Assembly: GCA_964016885.1 (NCBI GenBank)
Contig: OZ024745.1
Coordinates: forward strand, 105,400,001 to 105,464,000
DNA length: 64,000 nucleotides
Direction of reading: 5' to 3'
Origin: Eledone cirrhosa
Taxonomy: Eukaryota
How positions within the stretch are numbered: the first letter of the stretch is position 1; every line of letters begins with the position of its first letter. This document shows, in pieces, positions 13,804 to 28,257 of this stretch. Below the pieces are notes generated by a model that did no database searches, was not told the origin of the DNA, and saw only the letters and a list, made by a program, of their open reading frames with translations. Made by a program: the position numbers and the translations under genes.

Positions 13804-14187
13804 TAATTGTTTCCACTTTTGGCACAAAGCCAGCAATTATCTCAGTGTATTACTGGTACTTTATTTTATCGACCCCGTAAGGATGAAAGAGACAAAGTTA
13901 ACCTCGGCGGGATTTGAACTCAGATCGTAAAGGGACGTAACTATGCTGGAAAGCATGTCCGACCCTCTACCGATACTGCCAATTCACCGTCTGTAGTAAT
14001 ATAATTGTTTCTACTTTAGGCACAAGGCCAGCAATTACCCAGTGCATTACTGGTACTTTATTTTATCGACCCCGTAAGGATGAAAGGCAAAGTCAACCTC
14101 GGCGGGATTTGAACTCAGATCGTAAAGGGACGTAACTATGCTGGAAAGCATGGCGTCCGACCCTCTACCGATACTGCCAATCCACCG
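13804..14187 (-). mobile_element. Two tandem SINE copies (13804-13989, 14003-14187) at one target site
   Basis: Both match the 3574 SINE; agtaatataat recurs before, between and after the copies as a TSD. Confidence 0.9.
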
Positions 14188-14399
14188 AGTAATATAATAT
14201 TACCTGCAAAGTAGAGATAACGTCATAGTGAGTTTATCCATAATAGGGTTTTAATTCCGGGTTGTAACCATTTCATTTCAATTACTGCGATTAATGCCCA
14301 CAAAAAATGCTTCACTATTACGCTTATTTCCTCTATCCTATTAATCTGAAGATTTGTGCCTATGTAAGAAATCAATATCCAATTAGTCGTTGCTTCTCT

Positions 14400-14439
<40 letters not shown>

Positions 14440-14443
<4 letters not shown>

Positions 14444-14633
14444 TAGTATGTAAATGTATATGTGTGGTGGTGGGGTGGGGTACCACAACAAAAGCAAAAA
14501 TGAATAGACGAAAAGTGTCAAACTGGAGACATCAATTTGAGATGTGATGCGAAACCTAACTTTTTCGTCTATTCATTTTTGCTTTTGTTGTGGGACCCCC
14601 ACCCCACCACCACACATATACATTTGCATACTA

Positions 14634-14637
<4 letters not shown>
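14440..14637. repeat. Fold-back inverted repeat between (TA)n tracts
   Basis: Arms 14440-14516 / 14559-14637 with a few mismatches. Confidence 0.9.
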
Positions 14638-14667
<30 letters not shown>

Positions 14668-14679
14668 TATGTAATTAAC

Positions 14680-14737
14680 CTTTATGCTCTGATGAGTCCC
14701 ACTTATAGTGCGGATGAAACAATGTTAGCAAGTAAAG
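14680..14737 (+). ncRNA. Minimal type I hammerhead in a ~110-bp island between (TA)n tracts
   Basis: UGCU CUGAUGA GUCC-CAC-UUAUA-GUG-C-GGAU GAAA CAAUG UU AGCA. Confidence 0.78.
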
Positions 14738-14769
14738 ATATGCATATGCTATAAGCGTTCTTTGTTATT

Positions 14770-14815
<46 letters not shown>

Positions 14816-14817
<2 letters not shown>

Positions 14818-15357
14818 AAGGCGGGTAAAATTCCCGAGATCTATGGACGAGTTCTCTCCAGCGGCCTCTGTCCCTCATTATCGGTGCCATATCCTGCATC
14901 TCCAACAGACCAGTGTCTGTCCTTAGGGCATCAACATATGTTAACCTTGGTCTTCCTCTTCTAGTGTGTCCATGTAGGGGCTCCCAAAGGAGCACTGAGT
15001 GCAATGTCAACTCTGGATGTCGGTGAGCATGTCCAGCTAACCTCAGTCTCCTCTGTGTCACTTTTGAGCTGACTTTTGGGATGCTCCCATACAGCTCTGA
15101 GTTTTTCATCCTCAGTGTATACTGATTAATGTTCAGAGCCATCCTCAGCATTCTCGTGTAGCACCCATCCACCATCTGAGTGAGTCTCTTGGTCAGTGTC
15201 CAAGTCTCAGACCCATACAGCAGCACAGACTCCACTACAGCAATGAAGAGGCGGATTTTCAGGTCTCTACGAAGGTCCGACCTCCACACCGATCTCAAGC
15301 TGTGACACGCCGCCCAGGCCTTGCTCTTCCTCTCAACCACATCATCTTCCGATGATG
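14816..15357 (-). mobile_element. RTE-clade LINE, 5'-truncated 3' end
   Basis: ESVLLYGSETWTLTK...GCYTRMLR...RRLRLAGH...RGRPRLTY...DRGRW; stop codon runs straight into (AT)n; the N-terminal part of the listed 238-aa ORF is microsatellite. Confidence 0.88.
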
Positions 15358-15381
15358 TATATATATATATCTTGGGAGCAA

Positions 15382-15486
<105 letters not shown>

Positions 15487-16172
15487 AAGAGAAGCCGGGA
15501 CTATCCTTCATCAGTGATCTACTAGCCATCATAGGTATTTTTTCGCATTAAAAATCAGATACCGCCGGCCAGCATATATATACACATACATATATATAAT
15601 TGTAACTGTCAAACCACCCATCATAAACGTAAAGTGGCCAACACTATCCACAACCTGAAGCTTATATCGCCCATAAACATAAGCCCTACCTAGCCTACTA
15701 AACTACACAAGTCGTGACGTAAACAATCACTCTTTTCAAAGATATGCCTCAAAACAGACAACCTTGCATTTATTGGTACGGAGACGACATTATACTGTTT
15801 TTTCGACATTATATGTGTTTTCTTCTTCTCTGCAGCGGCCACCACTCTGTTACATACTTAATCTTGTACCTAACCTACACAGAATGAGAGCTACCACTAA
15901 TGAACAAACTCCGACCATATACCATCAACGATTAACTACCGAAAACTAACTATATTATGCCCATTTGATTCTTATAATGTAATGCCACGAACATGTCAAT
16001 AAAGATTCCCAGCTATTCATGAGAAGGTAGGGACGAGAAATGGAAAAAGGATATCCACAAAATCCTGATGTGTATTATCTATTAACCTAACCCCAAACCT
16101 TATATATATATATATATATAAATATATACACACACACATATATATATACATATATATGTATATATTATATAA

Positions 16173-16224
<52 letters not shown>

Positions 16225-16225
16225 A

Positions 16226-16294
<69 letters not shown>

Positions 16295-16717
16295 TATAAA
16301 GTATGTCCATAGAATCATTTGATAATATATATACACCATTTCCTCTGCCAATTAGCATAATCAACCACACAAAAAATGAATTAAAAGGCTATAAGATTAA
16401 AAGGCACCTCTGTAGAAATAGTAGATAAATAAACGACAGCAATCTATTCGCGACCAACCACTATAGAATATTTACCCAACATTTCAATAGCACGTGGAAA
16501 TCGATTAAATATACTGTCAACCATACACAATTAGGTATAAAATTAAAGTTAGAAGAAAAAATGCATATACACATACCATATATATATTCACACACCATAT
16601 ATATATATACACACACATATATATATATATATGGTCACATATATATACCTGCATACTGAAGTGTCGGTAACACATTCAAAATTATATATATGAATATATA
16701 TATAAATATATAGTATG

Positions 16718-17361
<644 letters not shown>

Positions 17362-18019
17362 TATATATGTATAAATATATTTCAGTCATATTACACCTTA
17401 AATAGGTGAAATACTATATAGGCTAAAAACTATAATTTGTGGAGTTTAATTTTTCCAACATTTTATTTAGGTGTAAAAATTTACAGTATATTCAAAGTAA
17501 GCATTGTAAGCGAAAGAAAAAAAAAAACATTTTAGAATAAAAAAAAATAATTTCACTTAAAAATGTGTGTTTATACCCAGGTTTCGCTACAGCAAAGAAA
17601 TGGGTATTAATTAAAATAATTAATTAATAAATTAAGACACCGAAAACTAATCAGCAACGAATGACTAAGAACATGCCTTATGGCTTTTACAAGAAAATTC
17701 AAGTGAAATACCATGTGCTGGTGCATATCTAGATAGTAAAAAGCATCTCTAAGCAAAAAGACACACTAATATTATAAATAAATTTGCTTTTGGAAGCATG
17801 GCATAGCGCGCTCCATCGAACACTGGAAGAAGAGATTTTAATCTCGAAATATCAGGGCATATGAATGAATTACGGTAAAACACATAACATCTTGTTTATT
17901 CTTCATTCGTCCATTTCACATTGTCGTGGCTTTCAAGCTTCAAATTTTATATATGCTTCAAGTAAACAACATATTTCTCCGTACACACACACACACACAC
18001 ACACACATACGCACACGCA

Positions 18020-18493
18020 TATATATATATATATATACATAAATGGCAATTTCTGTCTTTTTGTGTGTTTGTTTGTGAACTCAAAAACTATCCGACCGAT
18101 CTTGATGAAACTTGACACGTGTGTGGGGCTCATGACCATTTGATTTCTTACGTATATTTCATTTTAATCAAAGGGTTCTCCGAGGGCTCAAACCCCCGCT
18201 GAAAATGTTTTCCCTTCGATTTATATGAAATTTAAATCATAGGTAAATGACAAGATATGATGCCTATTCACAAAAGTTTTGAATTGATATTTTGAAAAAA
18301 ACTATTTACAAGAAACAAAATAAGAATAAGATTTAATAATGTAATTTTGATTTGATATATTACAAAAAAATAATAAAATGCAGAGTTTTTTTCTCCATAA
18401 ATTATATCACTGATTTAAAATCAATCATGATTTTCTTACAATAAAATTGTGTGAAACCCAACAAGGAACGGGTAATTCGGGGTAATTCGGCTA

Positions 18494-18494
<1 letters not shown>
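18020..18494 (+). mobile_element. Non-autonomous Helitron
   Basis: 5' (TA)n-aaatggcaatttctgtc...gtttgtttg; 3' ccc...ggg hairpin then CTAG|T at 18491-18495; 5' TC obscured by microsatellite. Confidence 0.7.
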
Positions 18495-18562
<68 letters not shown>

Positions 18563-19541
18563 CGTGTTTGGCTTCTCTATTGATGTATAAACGATATGAA
18601 TAAAACAGGTACAGTTGGCTATAACTTTATATTATGGGATATACTTCTCTAGACCTAGAACGCAAGGAGATAGAATGCATTATGAATGTTATTCAATCTC
18701 CTCTGGGTGATATCTAATGGACTTTGATAGTATAACATTGATATAAGGATAAATGCTATTTAGACAAAGTTGTTGAATTAATCAATGAAGGAATTAGCAA
18801 GGATTACATTATTAGCAAGAAATACATTATTTTCGATGGGATGTCCATAATTTAGATGAATGAAAAATTTACCTAGTTATGTTAATATTGTTTATTTTCC
18901 ATTTCCTCAATTGTAGCTCTTGTCACAGTCAAACTTGTTTGAATTTTCCCCCAGAGCTACCTGTGTATTGCAGTTATCAATTTATTATAACAGCCTTAAT
19001 AGAAACCCCCTCCTGCATTTGGCAATTATACGTGCTCTCTCCTTCCTCTCTCCTTTACCAATACTTCAAAGACCTCTACTCCTAGAGTTTGCTGAATCCA
19101 TGCTAGCTTCACTCAGGCACTCCCAACTGCTTCGTTTCTTTTCTCGTCATGCATGGTGTATCTAACTCCTCACGTATCGTACTAATCACTATCATAAATA
19201 ATTCCTCTTAAGAAATGTTGGCACTCCTTCCCTGCCTGTGTTTTGTGAACGAAATGGACTAGCAACTTAAACAAAATCAACGGTATCGATCTCCCCAAGC
19301 CTGTTGACCATATGATTCTCATTGGCTTTACCTCTTCTTCTAGACCTACCATGTAAAGTTCTCATATTATTATATTTTGATTTATTAAAATTATCGTTAG
19401 TCAGGTTAAATATGTATGAGAGATTAAAAACACAATTTTGAAGTAACTGTTAACTGAAATATAACAAGGTTGGATCTGGATCTAAAATCCCTGTGATAAT
19501 AAGATCTAACAGAACGAAGATGGTCCACAGTAGCTTATAAA

Positions 19542-19795
19542 TCTATGTATATATATAAAACTGATGTTGTCTGTGTGTCCTCATTTTTGTAAAGTCTATA
19601 CAAATCCACATTTCTACTCCGATTGACTTCAAACTTGCATTTATATATTACTTGCGGTCTAAAGATATTAACTGCCGCTTTTTTTTTTTCAATTTTCTAT
19701 TGTTAAAGAGTGTTAGGCGCCGGTTATCCATCTCCGTCGCGCTCTTATAATATCTGTCTGTATGCCTGACTGTCTGCATAACGTCATTACTGACG
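19542..19795 (+). mobile_element. Helitron 5' fragment
   Basis: A|TCtatgtatatatataaaa...gtctgtgtgt start; 19735-19790 resembles the reverse complement of 21392-21445. Confidence 0.6.
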
Positions 19796-19952
19796 TATTA
19801 TCTTCGCTACATTCACACACAGACACGCGCGGGCACACAAACACACGCGCGCGCGCGCACGTTCAGACGCACACGCACATATATATACACATATATACTT
19901 ATATATACACATATATATATATATACACATAAATACATATACACACACATAT

Positions 19953-19996
<44 letters not shown>

Positions 19997-20014
19997 TTTA
20001 ATCTTCAAATTTAT

Positions 20015-20365
20015 TATTGATTTCTTTATTAGCCACAAGGGCGCAACAAGAAAGGGGACAATACAAAGACATGCCGGGGATTTTACATACAGTCGTGTAA
20101 AAAATATAAAAACAAACAATTTCAACAATCGAAATCCCCAATAGGGGGGAGGCGCCACAAATGGGTTGTTTAATACCCCGTCGATAGAACAACCCTCAAC
20201 TCAAGGAGCGTGTTGTGCAAGTGCTCCCTTCTTCCTTTTGCTCTCTTCCTCAACCTACAGGCTTATAAACAGAGAAGGCCCAATCACTCGGGCCATTTTC
20301 GCTTCATTCACCCACCTTTCAGTAAATTTACTGGGGTGCAGTGCCTCTCTCTCCACCCTGATTCT
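20015..20365 (-). mobile_element. Tx1/L1-like LINE 3' fragment
   Basis: ttctttattagccacaagg...ggggacaatacaaag and cgggccattttcgc...attcacccacctttcag are shared with 39925-40290. Confidence 0.75.
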
Positions 20366-20724
20366 CCTTTATTACTTGGGGAGGGTCATATTTGCGTAAT
20401 ATTGCCAGAATTAATAAGTAAGTTAGATCGCAGATATAAAAGACAGCGAGAAGCGAAAACCAACCAAACAGTGAGTGTGTTCTGTTATTAATTCCGGCAA
20501 TATTATTATTACTATATATATATATGTATAAATATGTATATATATAAATATATATGTATATTATATATATATATTATATATATATATATATATACATACA
20601 TATTTATATATATATATAAATATATATATATATACATATTTATATATGCATATATATTTATAAATACATATATATATATATATATATATATTTAGATATA
20701 CATACACACACAAACACACACACG

Positions 20725-20780
<56 letters not shown>

Positions 20781-20781
<1 letters not shown>

Positions 20782-21642
20782 TAGCAGTTGTACCCGGTGT
20801 GGCGCGAGATAAGGTATTTTGGAAGGCGGGCCGCCAACAGACCTAATCGTGGAAAAACTGCATGCCTGGACAATATGTAAAGAAAATAAATCGAATACTC
20901 TCATGGCTGGATAATCTTTAAGATTTTCCTCGATTAAACAGGAAAAATGCAGGTTTTCACCTAGGGGATCAAGAAAATGCATTTTTTTTATGTGCATTAT
21001 ATGCCTTGAAATTTTGGGAAAAATCGGCTAGACGTAACGCCTCAAAAGACCCCTAAAAAGCTGAAAAAATGAAGATTTTCACCTAATGCCGGCCCTAGGC
21101 CACAAAAAAGTTGGATTTTCTTTGCTCACGGTATGAAGAAGAAACTGTCTAATACATAGTTACAATTTCAAGGAAATCGGTCTGACGTAACGCCTCAAAA
21201 CCCCCCTAAAAACCTGAAAAAATGCAGTTTTTCACCTAATGCGGACCCTAGGGGATCAAAAAGTTGAATTTTTTTATGTGCATTAAACTCCCTGAAACAT
21301 AAGTAATACACATGTAAAGTTTTAAAAGAATCGTTTGGGTACTTTTTAGGGATTCAAACCCACATACACACAGACATACATCCTCAGGGAAGTGACGTAA
21401 TGCAGACAGACAGACATACACACAGATATTATAGGGGCGCGACGTTATACGTATGTATCTATCTAAAAAGAGAAAGATTAAGAATGTATAGAGAGATCGC
21501 TAAATCGCCTAATTCGATCCCTGAAACATAAATATTACATGTGTAAAGTTTGAAAACAGTCGGTTGGGTGGTTCTCTAGTTTTAAGGATTCAAACTCACA
21601 CACACACAGACAGAATCCTCATTTTATATATATATATATAGA
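20781..21642 (-). mobile_element. Complete non-autonomous Helitron with internal repeats
   Basis: Minus: A|TCtatata...aaaatgaggattctgtctgtgtg start; GC hairpin ctcgcgccacaccggg then tacaactgCTAG|T end; internal repeats gacgtaacgcctcaaaa...ccctaaaaa. Confidence 0.85.
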
Positions 21643-21724
21643 TAAATATATATATATATATACATATTTATATATACATATATATTGATAAAAACACACA
21701 CACACATATATATATATATATATG

Positions 21725-24700
21725 AAAACAGGGAGAGAGAGAGACGATTATTAGGAAGAAACATATTTTTTTTCCCTTTTTATTTCTCTCTCTTTTTTTT
21801 CTGGGGGGTTAGAAAATGATTAAAACGAAATGTGTTAAGGTATTAGTTGATTTATTTATTATTTAACAATGGCATTTATTTATCTATTTATATATTTAAT
21901 TATTGTCTATTACCGGTTTCTGCATTTATATGCATTATCAAATGATAGTGAAATGTATTAGTGTGGTGTCGCACATGTTAAACAGAAGGTGCAGAAAGAA
22001 TAATGTTATTTACAAACAAGGTTTATGAAGTGAAAAAAAAAGAAAAAAGAAAAAAAAGGGAAAAAAACGTGCATAATGTAGAGCATAACAAGTCAATGTG
22101 GAAGAAAAAATAATGTTATTTACAGGCATAGTTATTGAAGTTAAGCAGATCAAACTGTGTTTATATAGCAAGAGTGCTTAGTTGATCCATGATTCCATGA
22201 TGGAGGCAAATGGTGGACTGAGGTGTGATATGATTTCCCTTTTTAGAGAGTTAATATGCAGGGGGAAGCAATTCTTGCTGGTTGATATTAATTTATTTAA
22301 GAAAAAGGATTAGGTAGGGTGTGAGGGAGGTAACTCTTGTAAATGTTTGATTGTTTGTTGCAGTTTTAGATTGGTCCGATTTTTAGAGCATTAAGTAGGG
22401 GTTAGAATTTATTAATGAAATATGTTTCCTTATTGGTACGTTGGATGAAAGTAGCGTTGTCTATGAATTTGTAAACGGGGAACATTTTAAAGTTTAGATG
22501 TTGGTTGTGAGCACAATTGGCGATATGTTCACTAAATGCAATCTTTCTGTATTCCTGTATTTTAATTTATGATTTATGGACGGTCATACGTTGACGGAGG
22601 CTGTTTTTTGTCTGTCCTATGTAGTGCTCTTGACAACATGAGCAGGTAAAAACATAGATAAGGTTTTCAGATGCACATGTAAAGTTGTGTTTAACTGTGA
22701 AACGCTGTCCTTGTTTAAAATGGAATGTTGAACCTTCTATTAGATTTATGCATATGCCACAGTTGGGCCTTCGGCATTTTGTTACTGTAGGGTTCATTGT
22801 GAGGGTTTGTTGGATTTTGGTTTGTGTGAGGATGTTTTTTATGGATTTAGGTTATCTTTTGCTCTTTATGATGTTGTGTGTTTGGAGGATTTTGTTCATT
22901 CTTGGGTCTCTTTTTAGTAAAGGAATGTTCTGGAGGATGGTGTCGAATACCTCATTATTGAGGGGGTTGTGTGTGGAGATGTATGGTAGAGTTTCTTGTT
23001 GCGGTTCATTCCTGGGTTTGAGGTGTCTGAGTTCCTGGATGTCTAGTTTTAGGGCACGTTGGAATCCATTGGTGATTAGGGATGGTGGGTAGTTTCTTCT
23101 GATAAGTGTGTTTTTTAATTCTTCTAGTCGTGTGTAACATGTGTATTTATCTGAAACTATTGTGCAGATCCTTCTGGCAAGGTTATAAGGAATTGCCATT
23201 TTGGTGTGTCTAGGGTGGCACGAGTTGAATGGAAGGTATTGTTTGGAGTCTGTGGGTTTGTAGTATATGTCTGTTTCTATTTTGTTGCTTGTTTTCTTGA
23301 TGAGGATGTCGAGGAAAGGGAGTTGTTCATAGCTGTAATCCATTGTGAATTGTAAGTTTGTGTTGAATCCATTCAGAAGGGTTTTAAACTCAAACAGTCT
23401 ATCTATACTTTCATGCCAGAGGATGAAGAAGTCGTCCAGATATCTCTTCCAGTTCTTTTCTATGTGTTTGTCTAGAAATTTGCGGTAGAGAGTGGTTTCC
23501 AAATATCCTATGACAAGGTTGGCGTATGAGGGGGCCACTTTCGTGCCCATGGCAGTCCCAGATTTCTGTCTGTAGTATTTGGCATTGAATTCGAAGAAAT
23601 TGTTTTCCAAGATGAATTTGAGTCCCTCCAACACAAATTCTTTAGGGATGCGCTGTGGGAGTTCACTAGGGAATTTTTTCCATCCAGAATTGTATTGCCT
23701 CTATACCTAGGTTGTGTGGGATATTGGAATATAAATTGATTACATCAAAGGTTACTAGTAGGGTATGTTCGTTATTGAGTGTTGTTGGAAAGTGGTTGAG
23801 CATGTCAAAGTCGTCCCTTATGAAGCTTTTTATGTGTTTTAGGAAAGGTTTAAGCAGAATACCTAGGGAGTTGCTTAGGCGGTGGGTTTCACATGTGGTG
23901 CCTGCTATTATGGGTCTTAATTTATACATCAGGAGGGGCTATATTGATGTAAACGTCTGTGGCTTGCTTGCAGGCCCTGCCTATTACTTCGCTTTTGTGT
24001 GTCTTGGGGATACCGTAGAAGAGGCTGGTTCTGCTTTTGAAATTGGTGATGTAATTGTATTCCTTGTCTGTAAGGTCTTCTTCGTAAAGGGTTGTTAGGG
24101 ATTTTAGGTTTCTCATTATTTTCCATTCTTTTTTGCTTAGGTTTGGTTTTTGTTTATGTCTGTGTAGGTGGTGGTATGGGTAATTAGTAATGTGTTCGCA
24201 GAATTGATCGAGGAATTTATTCTTGCCTTTTGGTGGGGTGTAGTTGCTTCTATTTCTGGCAATTGAGTCATCCTCATTGTATTTGTCGTATAGTTGTTCA
24301 CCGAGTCTTAGTTTTCTACAGAATTCTGCAATATCTTCCTTCATTTCGGGGTAGTTTGGTTGTTGGGGAGTTGGTGTAAATTTTAGACCTTTGGAGAGTA
24401 TGTTGATTTGGTCTATTGTTAATTCCTTAGAGGATAAATTCACAATCTTTATTGCATTTTGTGTCTCCTGTGTGTTTTGTGTTATCTTGTAATCCTGTGT
24501 CTGTGTACTGTGTCTAAAAAATGATTACGGAAGTTGTGATGGCTGTTGAAGTTTGGATGTCTCTTATAGTTGTATTGGCCCCTGCTGTTGTTGTAAGATG
24601 GTGTGTAACTCTGGTGGTTGTTGAGTTTAGGTTGTATCGTGTGGTTATATTGAGCCCTGCTGTTGTTGTTGTAGGGTGTGTAGATTTGATGGACGTGGTT

Positions 24701-25355
24701 GTAGGGTGTGAAGTTGTGGTGGTTGTTGAAGTTGGGTTGTATCGTGTTGTTGTGTTGAGCACTGCTGTTGTTGTAGGGTGTGTAGACTTGGTGGTAGTTG
24801 TAGTAAGGTTGTCTTGTGTGTTCATATTGAGTCCTGTTGTTGCTTTTATATGGTGTGTAGCTATGGTGGTTGTAGTGGTTAGGGTGTCTGGTGTGGTTGT
24901 ATTGTCCCCTGCTGGCGTCGTTGTAGTAGGGTGTGGTAAGTGGGGGAGGGTAGATTAGGGTTTCCTTATAGCTGGTGTGTGGTTGTGAGGCCCTGTGTGA
25001 CATGTGTGGTAGTTGTGCATTTTGTGTTCTATGTTGGAAGTAATGATGGTTGTGGGTTTGTTGTGTGGGGATGTTAGGGGGGTTGTAAGTGTGGGGAATT
25101 TTATGGTTTGTCCTGGTGGGAGAGAAGTTGTAGTGAGTATCTTGTAGCTGATATTTCTCTATTACTATATTTGTTGCTTGGCAGTCCATGTGGTAGTTGT
25201 GTGGAGGATGTAGGAGGTAGGGGCGAGGTGATGCATTCTTTTGTTGGTATGTGGCGAAGTATTGTCTTTTTGTTGTTGTTGGTTGTTGTGTGGTGTTTGG
25301 GTGTTGATTGAGTTTTCTTGTTATTATGGTTTTAATGAAGGGGTTCTTGGATGTG
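21725..25355 (-). pseudogene. Decayed Neptune-type Penelope-like element (frameshifted RT + GIY-YIG)
   Basis: NLS...LSKGLKFTPTP; FYGIPKTHK; LRPIIA; FDVINLYSNIP; QKSGTAMGTKVAPSYANL; RYLDD; FLD; SCHP; CRRPNCGIC Cys linker; NLIY...YIGQT...R...H; Asn/Tyr/His repeats upstream. Boundaries approximate. Confidence 0.88.
21907..21948 (-). ncRNA. Hammerhead-like motif with U3-A8 core in the Neptune 3' region
   Basis: UUGAUAA UGCAU-AUAA-AUGCA GAAA CCGG UA; stem I weak. Confidence 0.5.
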
Positions 25356-25495
25356 TAAGTGCAACGAATTTATGAATTTATTAGAATATGCTATTGCTTT
25401 CTAAAGTAGGTACTCCAGCTTTTCAACAGAGGCACACACACAGGCACATACTCACACGCACACACACAAACATACAGACACACACGCACACACAC

Positions 25496-25564
<69 letters not shown>

Positions 25565-25586
25565 AATATATATATATATATATATT

Positions 25587-25619
<33 letters not shown>

Positions 25620-25725
25620 ATGCGTGTGTGTATGTGCCTGTGTGTGTGCTTGTGTTGAAAAGCTGGAGTACCTACTTTAGAAAGCAATAGCCTATTCTAA
25701 TAAATTCATAAATTCGTTGCACTTA
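25356..25725. repeat. Fold-back inverted duplication including (CA)n/(TG)n and central (TA)n
   Basis: taagtgcaacgaatttatgaatttattagaata...cagcttttcaaca is mirrored at 25654-25725. Confidence 0.9.
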
Positions 25726-26519
25726 TTAAAAAGATATGGAAAATATAATAACACAACGATTGCTATATTTTCACGTTATCTTATTACTGTATGACAAGAT
25801 AATTGTAAGAATATTTATAGAGCATTTATAAAATGCTAAGAGCAATTTCTATGATAATTAACACATCTTTTGTCTTCAGTTCCAGTTTAGCTCGTACTAA
25901 ACCATATACATCAATGTAGTTATTTCTCTGAATGGTCAATATTAAAACGGGAGGTACACCGGTTTAAATCTCTTCGTATTGTCATCTCTTTAAAAATTCA
26001 CGTCATATTATTAATATATTTAGAAACCATTACAGTAATTAAAAACATATATAATGCCGAAGAGAATAATAATTTTCGTTGTTTACTTATATTTCATTGT
26101 ATATTTCATCTATCTACCTATCTATCTACCTATCTAGCTAGGTATATAGTCTTCTTCTTCTTCTTCTTCTTCTTCTTCTTCTTCTTCTTCTTCTTCTTCT
26201 TCTTCTTCTTCAATTATTATTATTATTCCTTTTGGGTTTTTATCCGACATTTTAAAAACCAAACGTTAATAAAATAAAAATAAATTAAACTACGATGCAT
26301 ATATGGAAAATAACAACTCAAGAAAACCACTAGAAACGAAATACAGCAGGCCCAAAGAAAAGTGTAGAATCGAAAATCAATTCTGTTCTAAGTATAGGCC
26401 TCAAGGATTCACGTAAAATATAAAACTCATCGCAAAAAAAACTGTTAAAAAACATGTGGAAATTCATATATATATACACAACATAAATAACAATCAAATT
26501 GTGTTTAAAAAATTTAATA

Positions 26520-26668
26520 GCTTACGATCGTTTCATCCAGATATAGGTCTGGATTTATCGGAGCGTGTAAATGTTAAAACAAATATATTCCTATTCACTT
26601 TAACATTATCCTGCTAAATGTTCAAGTGAATAGAAATATATTTGTTTTAACCTATATCTGGATGAAAC
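26520..26668 (-). other. Fold-back with a degenerate hammerhead (26520-26564)
   Basis: GCU CCGAUAA AUCCAGA-CCUAUA-UCUGGAU GAAA CGAUCG UA AGC (core mutated); inverted arms 26530-26607 / 26617-26668. Confidence 0.6.
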
Positions 26669-27792
26669 TATCCGTTGCTTCCGCTCTGGATAATCACAGA
26701 GCTGCGACCAGTTGTGCTGTGGAAGATAGTAGTAATAACAGGCATGGTTTTTATCTCTCGAGCCTGATGTTGTTAGAGTTGCTGCCTCTGTTGCTATCTG
26801 CCGATATTTTCCATCATAGTTTCCCCCTGAGGTCGTAAGGCTGCCAAGTGATTTTATTTCAATGTGTGCAGCAACTTGGCATCCTGCCTTGAGCTACCAA
26901 TCTGATTAACTTTCCCTCCATTCTCTAAATGAGAACAGTTCCAGGATAGAAATGTCAACTCCAGAAAGGCATTAAGACTTAGATGTCGTCACAGAACTTA
27001 CTCAATTCCATATTGGTCCATGTCAACCTACTACTCATCGCATGTCCGTACAGTTACGCAACAATACGTGCCAATACCACTGACGATGATCCTAGTGTCT
27101 TTGAGTGCCTTATGCTTTAACACTAACATGTGTGTAAACATATTATACACAAGTTTTTCTTGTGTCCTCGGGCCATAAAGTCCAAACACACGCCTCCATA
27201 ATCCTTGATACGTTCTATGGAGCACACACATCATTCCATTCATCGACCATGAACTCACAACATTTTTTCTTTCGAGGGCTTATGGAAACCCTCTCTATTT
27301 ATTAACAAAATAAAGGTATATCATTTTTCTCATCGCCTTTTCTTAGATAAATTCTTCGCTCAAGGATGACTATATTTTAAGGCTTACCTCTCTTACTATT
27401 CATTTTCCTCGATCTAGCTTACGCCAATCTGCTTTTTTTTCACCCTTGAAATAAAGAAAAACTTCTTTCCCAGATAAAGAGCGTAGATCCTCCAAACACA
27501 CCTAATGTCTTTGCGTAGTAAATCTGGAAAGACAAAATTCTGTTTTTTTTTCTTTCATGAAATAATCCGGTCGAAAAATGTTTTCGTTGCAGAATGCTTA
27601 CTGAGATGTCCATTCACTTCAATATAACAAATAACAAATTAAAAAAAAAAAAAAAATAAATAAAATAAAAATAATAATAAGGATAATAAACGTGATAATG
27701 ATACCAGTTGTTTCTTTACCGATAGTAATGGTGTCTGAAGTAAAATGAAAAGATGAATAAAAATGAGGAGGAACAGGGAGAGGAGGAGCAGG

Positions 27793-27950
<158 letters not shown>

Positions 27951-28257
27951 AGGATGGGGATGTTGACGATGTTGAAGTTGTGGAAAATAGAGAAAAATAT
28001 CATTTAAAGATGCACCAACTTAAATGATATTACATTCAGAATAAAACAATATATATTGATTTTCATCATTGTCAAATAATACATAATGGGAAACATAGTG
28101 AAATGTAGGCGTGAAACGTATGTACCAAGCTTTTGTTAAAATTTCGTTGTTGTGTCTTGTGAGATTGTTGTAGTCATCAGTGTTGCTGAATAGGTTTGTA
28201 AAGAGAAAGAAATGAAGAAATATTATAGAGAAGAAAACACTAACCAGAGATAGTCAG

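Noticed and set aside
15490-15520. Minus-strand CUGAUGA next to a microsatellite
   Set aside because: No downstream GAAA or stem III
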